The translations under genes were made by a program, and so were the position numbers. A DNA stretch of 64,000 nucleotides from an uncultured delta proteobacterium (GTDB lineage Bacteria; Desulfobacterota; WTBG01; CAIYCZ01; CAIRTM01): positions 1-64,000 of the forward strand of contig CAWDSQ010000014.1 in assembly GCA_963804955.1 (NCBI GenBank), read 5' to 3'. Position 1 is the first letter of the stretch. Every line of letters starts with the position of its first letter. The notes beneath the pieces are model-generated. The model saw only the letters and a program-made list of their open reading frames with translations. It made no database searches and had not been told where the DNA came from. Positions 44,895-54,499 of the stretch are shown in pieces.

Positions 44895-45257
44895 TCACCC
44901 CTGCTGCACATGCTCAAGCCCCTGCTCAAACAGGGACTTCACATGATCATCATCAAGGCTGTAATACACAACCTTGCCGTCTTTGCGGTACTTCACCAGC
45001 CGCGCAGCGCGCAAAAGCCGCAGCTGATGAGAAACCGCCGACTGTGTCAGATCAAGCACAGCCGCCAGGTCGCACACGCAGAGCTCTTCTACCGACAGGG
45101 CCTTCAGCATGCGCACACGCGTGACATCCCCCAGTACTTTAAATATGCCAGCAAGCCCCGCACAGTCGGCTTCCGAAGCCATACACTTACGCGTCCGGGC
45201 TATCTTCCCGGGATTAATGCACGTGACTTGACAGGTATAATGATTTTTATGCGCCAT
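44895..45257 (-). CDS. ArsR/SmtB metalloregulator
   Basis: FKVLGDVTR, ELCVCDL, QSAVSHQLR, SLDDDHV...EHV. Confidence 0.95.
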   Translation of the reverse strand: MAHKNHYTCQVTCINPGKIARTRKCMASEADCAGLAGIFKVLGDVTRVRMLKALSVEELCVCDLAAVLDLTQSAVSHQLRLLRAARLVKYRKDGKVVYYSLDDDHVKSLFEQGLEHVQQG

Positions 45258-45268
45258 GGCTTACATGA

Positions 45269-45320
45269 ATATATGAGCAATTGTTCATATATATGTATCA
45301 TGCAGCCGGCAGCCTGTCAA
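45269..45320 (-). promoter_or_regulatory. SmtB/CzrA-type operator overlapping the promoter
   Basis: Inverted repeat ATATATGAGCAA/TTGTTCATATAT (45269-45292, 1 mismatch); TTGACA on the minus strand at 45320-45315. Confidence 0.8.
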
Positions 45321-45680
45321 GATACGTGTTTTAGATTATGTGCGAACCCGCATGCGCTACCCGAAATTTACCATCCCGGCACAGGCTCGGGGGATCAAGT
45401 CAGTTACGGATTGATACATGAATGACGCGCAGGTATTTTCATGTGACAATACGAAACGCTGGCTTTTTATTGACGTTGCAGCACCCAATCAAAACGCGTT
45501 ACAGGCAGGTCAATTAAGGGTTCTGCTCCGGACGGGCGTTACAAGTAATCCCAGGGCATCAATTTTATATTGACAAATTGCGCAATCATGGCACTTAGTA
45601 TTTTATGGCTGACGCCAAACCTGCTTGCCCGTTTTTGTGGCTGCGTGAAACGATTACATCATTTCAAAAGGGAGGAAAAA

Positions 45681-46316
45681 ATGAAGGGATTTAAAATTGC
45701 ACTGGCAGGCTTAGTATTTCTTTTTACGACCAACACCGTCTCTGCTGCCGTCATCACAAATGCTTTCATGACCGATGTTGTTCCAACCAACTGTGAAGAC
45801 TCACTTATTCCCATCGTTACTACTTTTTATGAAAACGATAAAGCCGCGACTTTTTTTGTTTCGTTTATTCTTGATGAGCTTGGCGATACCTATCAAACAA
45901 AATGGTATCATGAAGGTGTCCTCTATATAGAGGGCGACATCACCACGGTGGATGCTGCAAGTCTTCAGTGCATGAGCAGAACCATGAAAATATTCGGGAC
46001 CGAAACAATGAATATGCCAGGCACCTGGCAGGTTCAGTTTTATTATAATGGTCAAGTACTCTTACAATTTGATTTCGAACTTAAAGAGCGGTGCGCCGCT
46101 CAGGTTGCGCTAAACAATGACAGCCGCAGCCTGAATACGCTCCGCGCATTCAGAGATCAAACCCTTAATAAAACACGCTGCGGCCAGAAGGCGGTAAAGC
46201 TGTTCTACGAGTATTCCCCCGCTCTTGTCAAAGCCATGGAAGAAAATACCATGCTGCAAGCCAGTGTCAGGGCACTGCTCACTGCCTGCGTCACGGTAAT
46301 CAACAGGTTTAATTAA
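45681..46316 (+). CDS. Secreted protein with C-terminal CFI-box-CTERM-like domain
   Basis: GGAGG RBS, signal peptide, Ig-like beta domain, and CAAQ..LRAFRDQTL..T..G..AVKLFYEYSP. Confidence 0.8.
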   Translation: MKGFKIALAGLVFLFTTNTVSAAVITNAFMTDVVPTNCEDSLIPIVTTFYENDKAATFFVSFILDELGDTYQTKWYHEGVLYIEGDITTVDAASLQCMSRTMKIFGTETMNMPGTWQVQFYYNGQVLLQFDFELKERCAAQVALNNDSRSLNTLRAFRDQTLNKTRCGQKAVKLFYEYSPALVKAMEENTMLQASVRALLTACVTVINRFN

Positions 46317-46540
46317 CCCAACCGGCTATGGAGCCGCTGAAGAGACGAGTATAAAACAAAAATACAAATCTGCATGTGGGCTTTTCTGTCAGACTGCATA
46401 GATAAAAAAACATTCAACTCAGTTCTCATGGCGGCTTCGCGTTGCGCGATGCCGTCATTTATAATTCTGGATAAATTTCAAAACATGACGTATAGCCTTG
46501 CCGTAAACAAGCCGCAACCCTTCGGAGGAAGGCCCCAGAA

Positions 46541-46924
46541 ATGGATGATTTTAAGCAGGATGCCGGTTCAACAAACAAAGCCGTGCTGTCTCAGGATGAA
46601 AAAAACTGGGGCATGTTCTGCCATGTGGCGGTGTTTGCCGGATGCATAGTGCCGCTGGGCAATATCATCGGGCCGCTGGTTATCTGGCTGATAAAAAAAG
46701 ACCAGTACGGCTTTGTCGACTACAATGCCCGGCAGGCCATGAACTTCCAGATAACATTTCTCATCGCGATGCTGGCAGGCGCTCTGCTGTCTTTCGTGCT
46801 GATCGGCATTCTTATGATGATCGGCTTTGGCATCTTCGCCCTTGTAGCGACAATAAAGGCAATCGTGGCATCCAGCCGGGGCGAGTATTACCGCTACCCC
46901 TGCAGCATACAGTTTATTCGGTGA
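46541..46924 (+). CDS. DUF4870 membrane protein
   Basis: WGMFCH, GPLVIWLIKKD, ARQAMNFQIT, GEYYRYP. Confidence 0.88.
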   Translation: MDDFKQDAGSTNKAVLSQDEKNWGMFCHVAVFAGCIVPLGNIIGPLVIWLIKKDQYGFVDYNARQAMNFQITFLIAMLAGALLSFVLIGILMMIGFGIFALVATIKAIVASSRGEYYRYPCSIQFIR

Positions 46925-46960
46925 TTGCCCCTGTTGCTGTCTCACGTAAGCGAAGGCGCA

Positions 46961-48742
46961 TTAAAACGGCCAGATCCGGGGTATGAGGCCGATGGCCAGA
47001 GCGCCGACAGCGAGGCTCATGGGTATACCGATTTTCATATAATCAGTAAAGCGGTAGCCGCCGGGGCCGTACACCATAAGGTTGGTCTGGTAGCCGATGG
47101 GCGTGATGAAGCTTGCGCTTGCAGCCACCATGACCGCAAATACAAAAGGCTCATGGCTGACACCCAGGCGATGGGCGGTTGCAAGAGCAGGAGGAATCAT
47201 GACTGCTGCTGCGGCATTGTTGGTGACGACTTCAGTGCAGATGACCGTGGCAACATAGATGAGCGCCATCGCCCGCCAGGGGTTGTCGCCCCCGAGGCTC
47301 ACGGCATAGCCTGCGAGCATTTCAGCAGCCCCGCTGGCAACCATGGCTTCGCCCAGGCCGACGGCAGCAGCTATGGCAAGAAGGATGCCCGCGTCAAGCG
47401 ATGCGCGGGCATCGTTCCATGACAGCACCCGCAGGCCGATAAGCAGAAAGGCCGCGGCCAGAGACGCCTGGAACATGGTGAGCACCTCGCAGGCCGCAAG
47501 GACGATCATGGCAATGAATATGGCCAGGGTCACCCGCACATGGCGCGGCTCGGTAGGGGCAAGCTCGGGCCGGTCGGTGACAACATAAAAATCAGGGTTG
47601 AAGCGATGCTGCCAGATAAACCCCGGCGCAGCCTCCACCAGCAGCGAGTCGCCTGCCTGGAGCCTCCAGCCCTTGAGCCCCTGCCGCTCAACTCGCTCGC
47701 CATGGCGCGCAACGGCAATGACCGCGGCATTATAGCGGCGGCGGAAACTGCCGTCACCGACCGAATGCCCCACCAGCGGGCAGCTGTGACTGACGACGAT
47801 TTCGACCTGGCGCCTGCGCCGCTGCGGCTCATCGGGTCCGAACTGATGGTCGCGGGCGCTGCGCAGGCCCGGTATACCCTGGGCTTCTATGATATGCCCC
47901 GCCTCGCCGGCAATAACAAGCCGGTCGCCTGCCTGCAGAATCTCTCCGCCCTTGGGCGCCGGGATAATTGTTTCTCCGCGCTCGATTTCAACCGGAAACA
48001 GCCGCTGAAAAGCTGAAACGTGTATTTCGTCGAGGCGCTTGCCTGCCAGGGGCCCGTCAGGCTCGACGATAAACTCCGAGGTGAAAGAACGCGGGTCTTC
48101 TCCCAGCAAGTCCTCCGGCGTCCGGCGGGGAAGCAGCCGGCTGAGAGCAAAAATAAGCAAAAGGCCGACAGCACAAATTGGCAGGCCTATTTTGCCAACC
48201 TCAAAAAAACCGGGAACGGGAAGCCCTGCGGCTTTCACCATGCCGGCCACGACAAGGTTGGTGCTCGTGCCAATGATGGTACAGAGCCCGCCGAGTATCG
48301 TGGCATAGCTGAGCGGTATGAGCATGAGGGAGGCTGGAAGCTGTACTGCGCGGCACCAGCTGCGCACCACCGGCAGCAGCATGGCCACAATGGGGGTATT
48401 GTTGAAAAACGCACTTGCCCCTGCCACGGGTATGAGCAGCCGCACCTGCGCAGGCAGCATCTTGCGCGTCGTTCCGAACAGCAGACGTATGGCTGTTTCC
48501 ATGATGCCGCTGCGGCGCACTCCTTCGGCTACTATGAACAGCAGGGCAACAGTGTGCATGCCCTGATTGGCAAAACCGCTCAGCGCCCGCGAAGGATCAA
48601 TGACACCCAGCAGCATGAGGAGGCCGAGCGCGCCGAACAGGGCGAGTTCTGCACGGATAATCCCTGCGGCCATAACAGCCAGGGCGCCAACAATACAGGC
48701 GATGGTGATAAGGGCGGCAGCGGTCATAAAAGGCCTGTGCAC
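46961..48742 (-). CDS. SLC13 family permease with TrkA-C domains
   Basis: SAFFNNTPIV, TIIGTSTNL, TPIGYQTNLMVYGPGGY. Confidence 0.93.
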   Translation of the reverse strand: MHRPFMTAAALITIACIVGALAVMAAGIIRAELALFGALGLLMLLGVIDPSRALSGFANQGMHTVALLFIVAEGVRRSGIMETAIRLLFGTTRKMLPAQVRLLIPVAGASAFFNNTPIVAMLLPVVRSWCRAVQLPASLMLIPLSYATILGGLCTIIGTSTNLVVAGMVKAAGLPVPGFFEVGKIGLPICAVGLLLIFALSRLLPRRTPEDLLGEDPRSFTSEFIVEPDGPLAGKRLDEIHVSAFQRLFPVEIERGETIIPAPKGGEILQAGDRLVIAGEAGHIIEAQGIPGLRSARDHQFGPDEPQRRRRQVEIVVSHSCPLVGHSVGDGSFRRRYNAAVIAVARHGERVERQGLKGWRLQAGDSLLVEAAPGFIWQHRFNPDFYVVTDRPELAPTEPRHVRVTLAIFIAMIVLAACEVLTMFQASLAAAFLLIGLRVLSWNDARASLDAGILLAIAAAVGLGEAMVASGAAEMLAGYAVSLGGDNPWRAMALIYVATVICTEVVTNNAAAAVMIPPALATAHRLGVSHEPFVFAVMVAASASFITPIGYQTNLMVYGPGGYRFTDYMKIGIPMSLAVGALAIGLIPRIWPF

Positions 48743-48819
48743 CTGGAAGCGACTAAAACCACATATTCGGATAGTGTATGCTTGAATTGGAAAAACACTA
48801 GGCCATCAGGGCAATGGTG

Positions 48820-49554
48820 TCAACTTAAAATAGCCTTTCGCTGCTGGGCTGCACTGAGGCCGCCGAGATAGAGCAGACGCTCCTCCCGGGCAAACCGCTC
48901 GATGGCATAGCGCAGCATGGTTCGGGGCATTCGGCTGCAGTGCTCCCGTAAAAAAGCCTCTTCGGCTTCACGGTCGCGCTTGCCCACCTCCCGCAGCATC
49001 CAGCCAACGGCCTTATGAATCAGATCATGTTTGTCATCAAGAAGCATGCCGGCAATTTCAAGAGCGCCGTCGAACTGATTGCGCCGGATAAAATAAAATG
49101 TGGCCACAATGGCTATGCGACGCTCCCACAGCAGACCGGAGCGAGCCAGGCGGCGCAGCGGCGCCCGCCTTCTGTCAAACAGGTATGCCCCGACAATATT
49201 GGGCGCGGTCGCGTCCACAAGATCCCAGTTGTTGATGAAGCTCGTATTGGCAAGGTACAATTGGTAAATCCGCCTCCTGACTTCTGCGCTGCCTTTTTCA
49301 AACTTCGCCACCAGAAAAAGCAGCCCCAGCAGCCGGTCTTCATGATGGCCTGCATGCAACAGTGTTTCTGCATCAGCAAGGGGCAGGTCGGGATATTTTT
49401 TCACAAGTTGCCTGAGCACCGGCACCTTGATGCCGCGGAACACATCCCCTTCCCCATACTGGCCAGGCCCGGTCTTGAAAAAACCCCGCAGCACCGCGGC
49501 CTGATCAGGATCGGCAAGCTGTGCAAGCTCATGGGTGATTTTTTTAAACATCAT
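48820..49554 (-). CDS. DNA alkylation repair enzyme (AlkD-like)
   Basis: FFKTGPGQYGEGD, NNWDLVD, LIHKAVGWMLREVGK, MPRTMLRYAIE. Confidence 0.92.
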   Translation of the reverse strand: MMFKKITHELAQLADPDQAAVLRGFFKTGPGQYGEGDVFRGIKVPVLRQLVKKYPDLPLADAETLLHAGHHEDRLLGLLFLVAKFEKGSAEVRRRIYQLYLANTSFINNWDLVDATAPNIVGAYLFDRRRAPLRRLARSGLLWERRIAIVATFYFIRRNQFDGALEIAGMLLDDKHDLIHKAVGWMLREVGKRDREAEEAFLREHCSRMPRTMLRYAIERFAREERLLYLGGLSAAQQRKAILS

Positions 49555-49699
49555 GAACCTCGTGATTTCATCAAATTCTTAGCGTAAAGCCCTACAAAAA
49601 AGAAGGTGGGAAATTCCCCCTGAGCAAAGAAGGGTTAGGGGAATTTGTCAGGTTGCAATAAATCCCCCTGTATCCCCCTTTTTCAAAGGGGGATTAACA

Positions 49700-50022
49700 C
49701 AATACTGTTCATTTAAGCAAAAAACCTCCTCGCACCCGGCACGGGGGAGAGGATCGAAGTGAGGGGACCGTTTTTTTTTGCTGTGTTTTCAACACCCCTC
49801 ATTCCTGAATCACGTTCAGGACAGGCTCTGACCTTCTCCCCTCAAGGAGCCTGTGTCGCAATTAACTTTGCTGTCATCTCGACCGAAGGGAGAGATCTTT
49901 GTAGTAAGTAAAATCAAGGGCTTAAGATTTCTCACCGCCTGCGGCGGATTCGAAATGACATTAATAAATCAATTGCGACACAGGCTCAAGGGGAGAAGGA
50001 CCCTCTTAAATGAACAGCATTG
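49700..50022. mobile_element. Outer MITE with 18-bp terminal IRs and ~9-bp target duplication
   Basis: CAATACTGTTCATTTAAG / CTTAAATGAACAGCATTG, flanked by GGATTAACA and GGATTAAACA. Confidence 0.75.
49847..49987. mobile_element. Inner MITE with perfect 17-bp IRs and AAG target duplication
   Basis: GAGCCTGTGTCGCAATT / AATTGCGACACAGGCTC. Removal restores the hairpin CCTTCTCCCC-TCAA-GGGGAGAAGG. Confidence 0.82.
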
Positions 50023-50104
50023 GGATTAAACAGGCATATTTTTCCCTCTCATAATTACTAGTGCCCCCTTGTTTGCAGGACACTGTGCTTAGCCGCACAT
50101 AAGT

Positions 50105-50140
50105 AAAAAAGAGCGCCGGAACCGGGGCTCGGGCGCTCTC
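50105..50140 (-). terminator. Rho-independent terminator of the kor-hdr cluster
   Basis: GAGCGCC/GGCGCTC stem plus T6 on the minus strand, 25 bp after the hdrA stop. Confidence 0.7.
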
Positions 50141-50164
50141 TGCATTCCGGCACAAGAAATTTTC

Positions 50165-52591
50165 CTATTTCCGCAGCGCCTTGATCGTCGCTTCCACTTC
50201 GCCTGTTGTCACGCCCTGGCGGAGCTTTTCCATCTGATGCATGACATCGGCAAAGCGAATGCCTTCTGCCGCGCTCACCCAGGCAAGCTGCAGCCGCTCG
50301 GTCCGCAGGCCGAGTTTCTCCATTTTTTTGTGCATTTTCTCGACGCGCTTTTCCGTCCAGTGATTTGCATTTATATAGTGGCAGTCACCGATATGGCAAC
50401 CGCTGACCAGTATCACCTTTGCGCCTTTTTCAAAACCGTGCCAGACGAATTTTTCATCAACCCGGCCCGAGCACATGGTCCGGATGAGCCGCACATTGGG
50501 CGGGTACTGAACCCGCGACACGCCGGCAAAGTCGGCCCCGGCATATGAGCACCAGTTGCAGGCAAATACCAGCACTTTATCCTGCGGGTTTTCTCCGAGC
50601 ATGGCGTCGATCTGGCCGGTGATCTGGCCGTCGGTATAGTGGTTCATGGTTATGGCGCCGAACGGGCACTCGGCAGCACAGGTTCCGCAGCCTGCGCATG
50701 CTGCCGTGGTGACTACGGCGGGCGTTTTTTTCTTGATATCCACCGTGATGGCATTATAGGGGCAGACCTCGACACAGCGGCCGCAGGCTTTGCACTGCTC
50801 GGCATTAATAACGGATGTGATAGGCTCGGATGAAATCTCACCCTTATGCATAAGCCGCACGGCGCGCCCGGCTGCGGCTGAAGCCTGCGTGACTGAATCC
50901 TTTATGTCCTTCGGGCCTTCTGCACAGCCGGCAAAAAAGATGCCCCGCGTTGCAGCATCAACAGGCAGCAGCTTCGGGTGGGCCTCAAGGTAGAATCCGT
51001 CAGGAGTCAGCTGCAGGCCGAGCATTTCCTGAAGTTTCCGAAAGTCTTCAGACGGCTTGACCCCTACGGCAAGCACCATCATGTCAAGATCATAGTTTTC
51101 TATTTTACCGGTAGCGCCGTTCTCAACGACAACATGAAGGCTCTTGTCGGAATTCTCCTGTACCGCGCCGGGAAGGCCCCGCACATAGTTGACGCCGAGC
51201 CTGCGGCTGCGCATATAGAGATCTTCAAACCCCTTGCCGAAAGCGCGCATGTCGATATAGAACACCTTGATATCAATATCGGGATAGTGCTCCTTGAGCA
51301 CCAGCGTGCTTTTCACCGTATTCATGCAGCATACATTGGAGCAGTACGCGCCGCCTTTTTTCATAGACCGGGAGCCGACGCACTGAATGAATCCGATGGA
51401 GCGGGGAGGCTTCTTGTCAGTTGGCCGCATCAGCTCACCCTTGCTCGGCCCGCCTGAATTGACCAGGCGCTCAAACTCAAGGCTGGTAAGCATGTTTTCA
51501 AACCGCGTGTACCCGTATTCATCCATCTCAGCGGGGTTGTAGGCGTCAAGGCCCGTAGCCACCACAATGGTGCCCACCTGCTCGGTGATCTGCTCATCCG
51601 ACATATGAAAGTTGATGCACTTCTTCTGGCAGGCTTCAACGCATTTCGAGCAAACCGCCGGGTTATAGCCCAGGCATTCGCTGCTGTTGATCAGAAACGC
51701 CGCCGGCACGGCCTGAGGGAATGGCCGGTAAATAGCTTTGCGTGATGACAGGCCGATATTGAACTCATCGGGGCGCACCACAGGGCAGACCTTTGCGCAG
51801 TCGCCGCAGGAGGTGCATTCTTTTTCATCGACATAGCGGGCTTTTTTCTGAATCGTCACGGTGAAATTGCCCACATAGCCCTTCACATCAACGACTTCGC
51901 TCATCGTATACAGCTTAATGTTTGGATGCCGACCGGCATCCGCCATCTTAGGCCCGAGTATTCATATCGAGCAGTCCATGGTCGGAAATGTCTTGTCAAG
52001 CTGCGCCATCCTGCCGCCTATGGAAGGCTGCTTTTCCACGAGCAGCACCTCATAGCCGTTGTCGGCAAGATCAAGCGCGGCCTGTATGCCTGCAATGCCG
52101 CCGCCGATGACCATGGTACGCTTGGTCAGCGGCAGAATGTCCTCGTACAGGGGCTCGAGCTGCCGGACGCGCTCAACCGCCATCTTTACCAGGTCAAGGG
52201 CCTTGTCCGTTGCAGCCTGCGGCTCATGCATATGCACCCAGCTGCACTGCTCGCGCAGATTGGCCATTTCAAGCAGGTAGGGATTAAGCCCTGCCGTGAG
52301 CAGCATCTTGCGGAATGTGGGCTCATGCAGGCGGGGAGAGCAGGATGCCACCACAATCCGGTTGAGAGCGCTTTCGGCAATGTCGTTCATGATTTCCTGC
52401 TGGCCGGGCGTGGAACAGGCATAGGTTATTTCCTTTGCCACCACGACATCGCCCAGCTTGGCTGCAGCTTCCGACACAGCCTTGCAGTCTACGGTCTGCG
52501 CGATATTGAGCCCGCACCGGCAGACATAGACGCCGATGCGGGGCGCATCCTCAACAGGGGCACGCGTCTTTGACTGAGTCCGTATCTCCAT
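50165..52591 (-). CDS. hdrA: Selenocysteine-containing heterodisulfide reductase subunit A fused to a C-terminal MvhD domain
   Basis: [41 protein letters not shown] in frame, QCVGSR, CSNVCC, ferredoxin motifs, [18 protein letters not shown]. Confidence 0.93.
51924..51964 (-). promoter_or_regulatory. UGA(Sec) codon and bacterial SECIS hairpin
   Basis: UGA at 51964-51962; GGATGCC-GGTC-GGCATCC stem-loop starts ~20 nt downstream. Confidence 0.85.
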
Positions 52592-52616
52592 GTATCCTCC
52601 ATGTGTAGGAAATCAA

Positions 52617-52795
52617 GAGTTCAGAGTTCGGAGTTCGGAGTTCAAAAGTTCAAGGTTAAAAAAAACCCTGAATCCTAAAAAACAAACCCAAATTCCAAAT
52701 TCTGAACTTTAAACTTCCGAACTTTGAACCTTTGAACCCTGTTGTATTACTCCCAACTCCGAACTCTTAACTCCGAACTATTTTGCCTTTGAACC
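52617..52795. repeat. Inverted heptamer-repeat tracts
   Basis: (gagttcR)n ... (actccga/actttga)n. Confidence 0.72.
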
Positions 52796-52797
52796 CG

Positions 52798-54372
52798 CTA
52801 TTCCCACCGGATCGTTTTCACCAGCACGCCGGTCAAATCCATCATATCCATTTTAATCGCATCCGCCTGCATGGGGTCTTCCATGGCGCAGGTCAGGTGA
52901 ATCCGGCATTTCGGGCATGCGGTGATCAGCAGATCGCTGCCCGTGGCGCGCGCCTGCTTCAGGCGCAGAACCTGGAGCTTTTTGCTGTAAGCGTCGCAGC
53001 CCGTCCAGGCGCAATTGCCGCAGCACAGGGCGGCAGCGCCGAAATCCTGCATTTCCTGAAAGCCCTGCGTTTTAAGGCGGCTGATAAGTTTGCGTGGAAG
53101 ATCGGCCTTGCCCTCAAGCCTGCTCAAACGGCAGGGGTCCTGAAACGTGACAGCACGCTCAAGCTTTTTAAAACCCACAGCGCCTTTATCGATTTCCTTT
53201 TCCAGAAGGTCGTAGAGATGCGTAACCGTGCAGGGAAGCTCAATACCGTGAGCCGGATAATCATACACAAACGTGCGGTAGCATTCCGGACAGGCGGTGA
53301 TTATTTCCTCAATGCCGCGATCCTTGATAGCCTGCGCATTGAGCCGGGCAAGGCGCAGAAAATTTTCCTTGTCGCCCGCCCAGAGAAGATCATGGCCGCA
53401 GCAGCGCTCGTCTTCAAGCACTGCGGGCTTTATATCGAAAAAGTTAAGCAGTTTCAGGCTGTCGACGAGAATGTCACGGGTTGTGACGGCAAGAAAATTC
53501 CGGAAAAAATAGTCGAAATAGGCTGCGCAGCCGCCCCAGAAAAGCGTTTTACTTGCGGGGTCGATGGCCACATCTTTGCCGAGCCACTGCCACTTGCGGG
53601 TGGTGAGGCCGGGAGATGCCATGGTGCGCATGAGCGACTGAAAAAACCCTTCATGCGCCTCGCGGCCGGTTTCGGTATCGGGCAGCTCAAGGCCGCGCAA
53701 ATCGCGGATAAATTCGGGAAAGTTTACATCCGAGGGGCAGCGCTCATGGCACAGGCCGCAGGTAAGGCATGCCCTCACGTCTTTCTGCACGGCCTCTGAT
53801 GTCGCACCCCCGGTAATAACCGCATTTGCAATGGCCCGGGGCGAATAATTTTTACCCGTGAGGGCAAGAGGGCAGGCAGACGTGCATTTGCCGCAGTCCT
53901 GACAGGCAAATATGTCGCGAGCCGCAATGATTGTTCGCACCAGCGCTGCCGTATCGGCACTATCGGTCTGCACAGCCTGAGGTGCAACCGGACTTTTGCC
54001 AAGAGCCCTGATGTCATCGCTGAATGTCTTTAAAAACTGCAGAAGCTGCGGGGCTTCATCGGGCAGAGACATTCCCAGGCGCAGGCGCTGCCTGCCGATG
54101 CCCAGCAGATCAAGAATCTCCTGCATGTCATCAATATTGCCGATAGCTGTTTCAGTGCCGCTGCCGTAGCGGCAGGCCCCTGCTGCGCACCCCAGAAGCG
54201 CTACGCCGTCAGCCCCCATTTCAAAGGCCCGCAGCAGCAGAGCCCGGTTGATCCTGCCTGCGCAGGGCACCCGGATGAGGCCGATTTCATCGGGAATGTC
54301 GGCGCCCTGTTCCTGCAGCGTATGCATGGCGGTATGGGGCCCCCAGTTGCAGATAAAAACAATAAGTTTCAT
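52798..54372 (-). CDS. MvhD-like domain fused to HdrD-like (2x[4Fe-4S] plus two CCG domains) protein
   Basis: FICNWG, RVPCAGR, GC...CRY; CQDCGKCTSACP, CLTCGLCHERCP; RCCG, TACPEC, QDPCRL, LCCG, TACPKC. Confidence 0.88.
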   Translation of the reverse strand: MKLIVFICNWGPHTAMHTLQEQGADIPDEIGLIRVPCAGRINRALLLRAFEMGADGVALLGCAAGACRYGSGTETAIGNIDDMQEILDLLGIGRQRLRLGMSLPDEAPQLLQFLKTFSDDIRALGKSPVAPQAVQTDSADTAALVRTIIAARDIFACQDCGKCTSACPLALTGKNYSPRAIANAVITGGATSEAVQKDVRACLTCGLCHERCPSDVNFPEFIRDLRGLELPDTETGREAHEGFFQSLMRTMASPGLTTRKWQWLGKDVAIDPASKTLFWGGCAAYFDYFFRNFLAVTTRDILVDSLKLLNFFDIKPAVLEDERCCGHDLLWAGDKENFLRLARLNAQAIKDRGIEEIITACPECYRTFVYDYPAHGIELPCTVTHLYDLLEKEIDKGAVGFKKLERAVTFQDPCRLSRLEGKADLPRKLISRLKTQGFQEMQDFGAAALCCGNCAWTGCDAYSKKLQVLRLKQARATGSDLLITACPKCRIHLTCAMEDPMQADAIKMDMMDLTGVLVKTIRWE

Positions 54373-54499
54373 GGCAGCAGCATTTTTTTTCACAAGCACC
54401 TGTCCCGGATGTGCCGCGCAGGCGGCACGTATTAAAAAGTCAATCGTATCTACCGGGATGCCCCGCATTGCAGGCGGGGAGCATCACTCCTGTTTTTAA

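Noticed and set aside
45420..45680. Riboswitch or sRNA upstream of the secreted protein
   Set aside because: No recognisable consensus or convincing stem, and the TTGACA at 45570 lacks a well-spaced -10.
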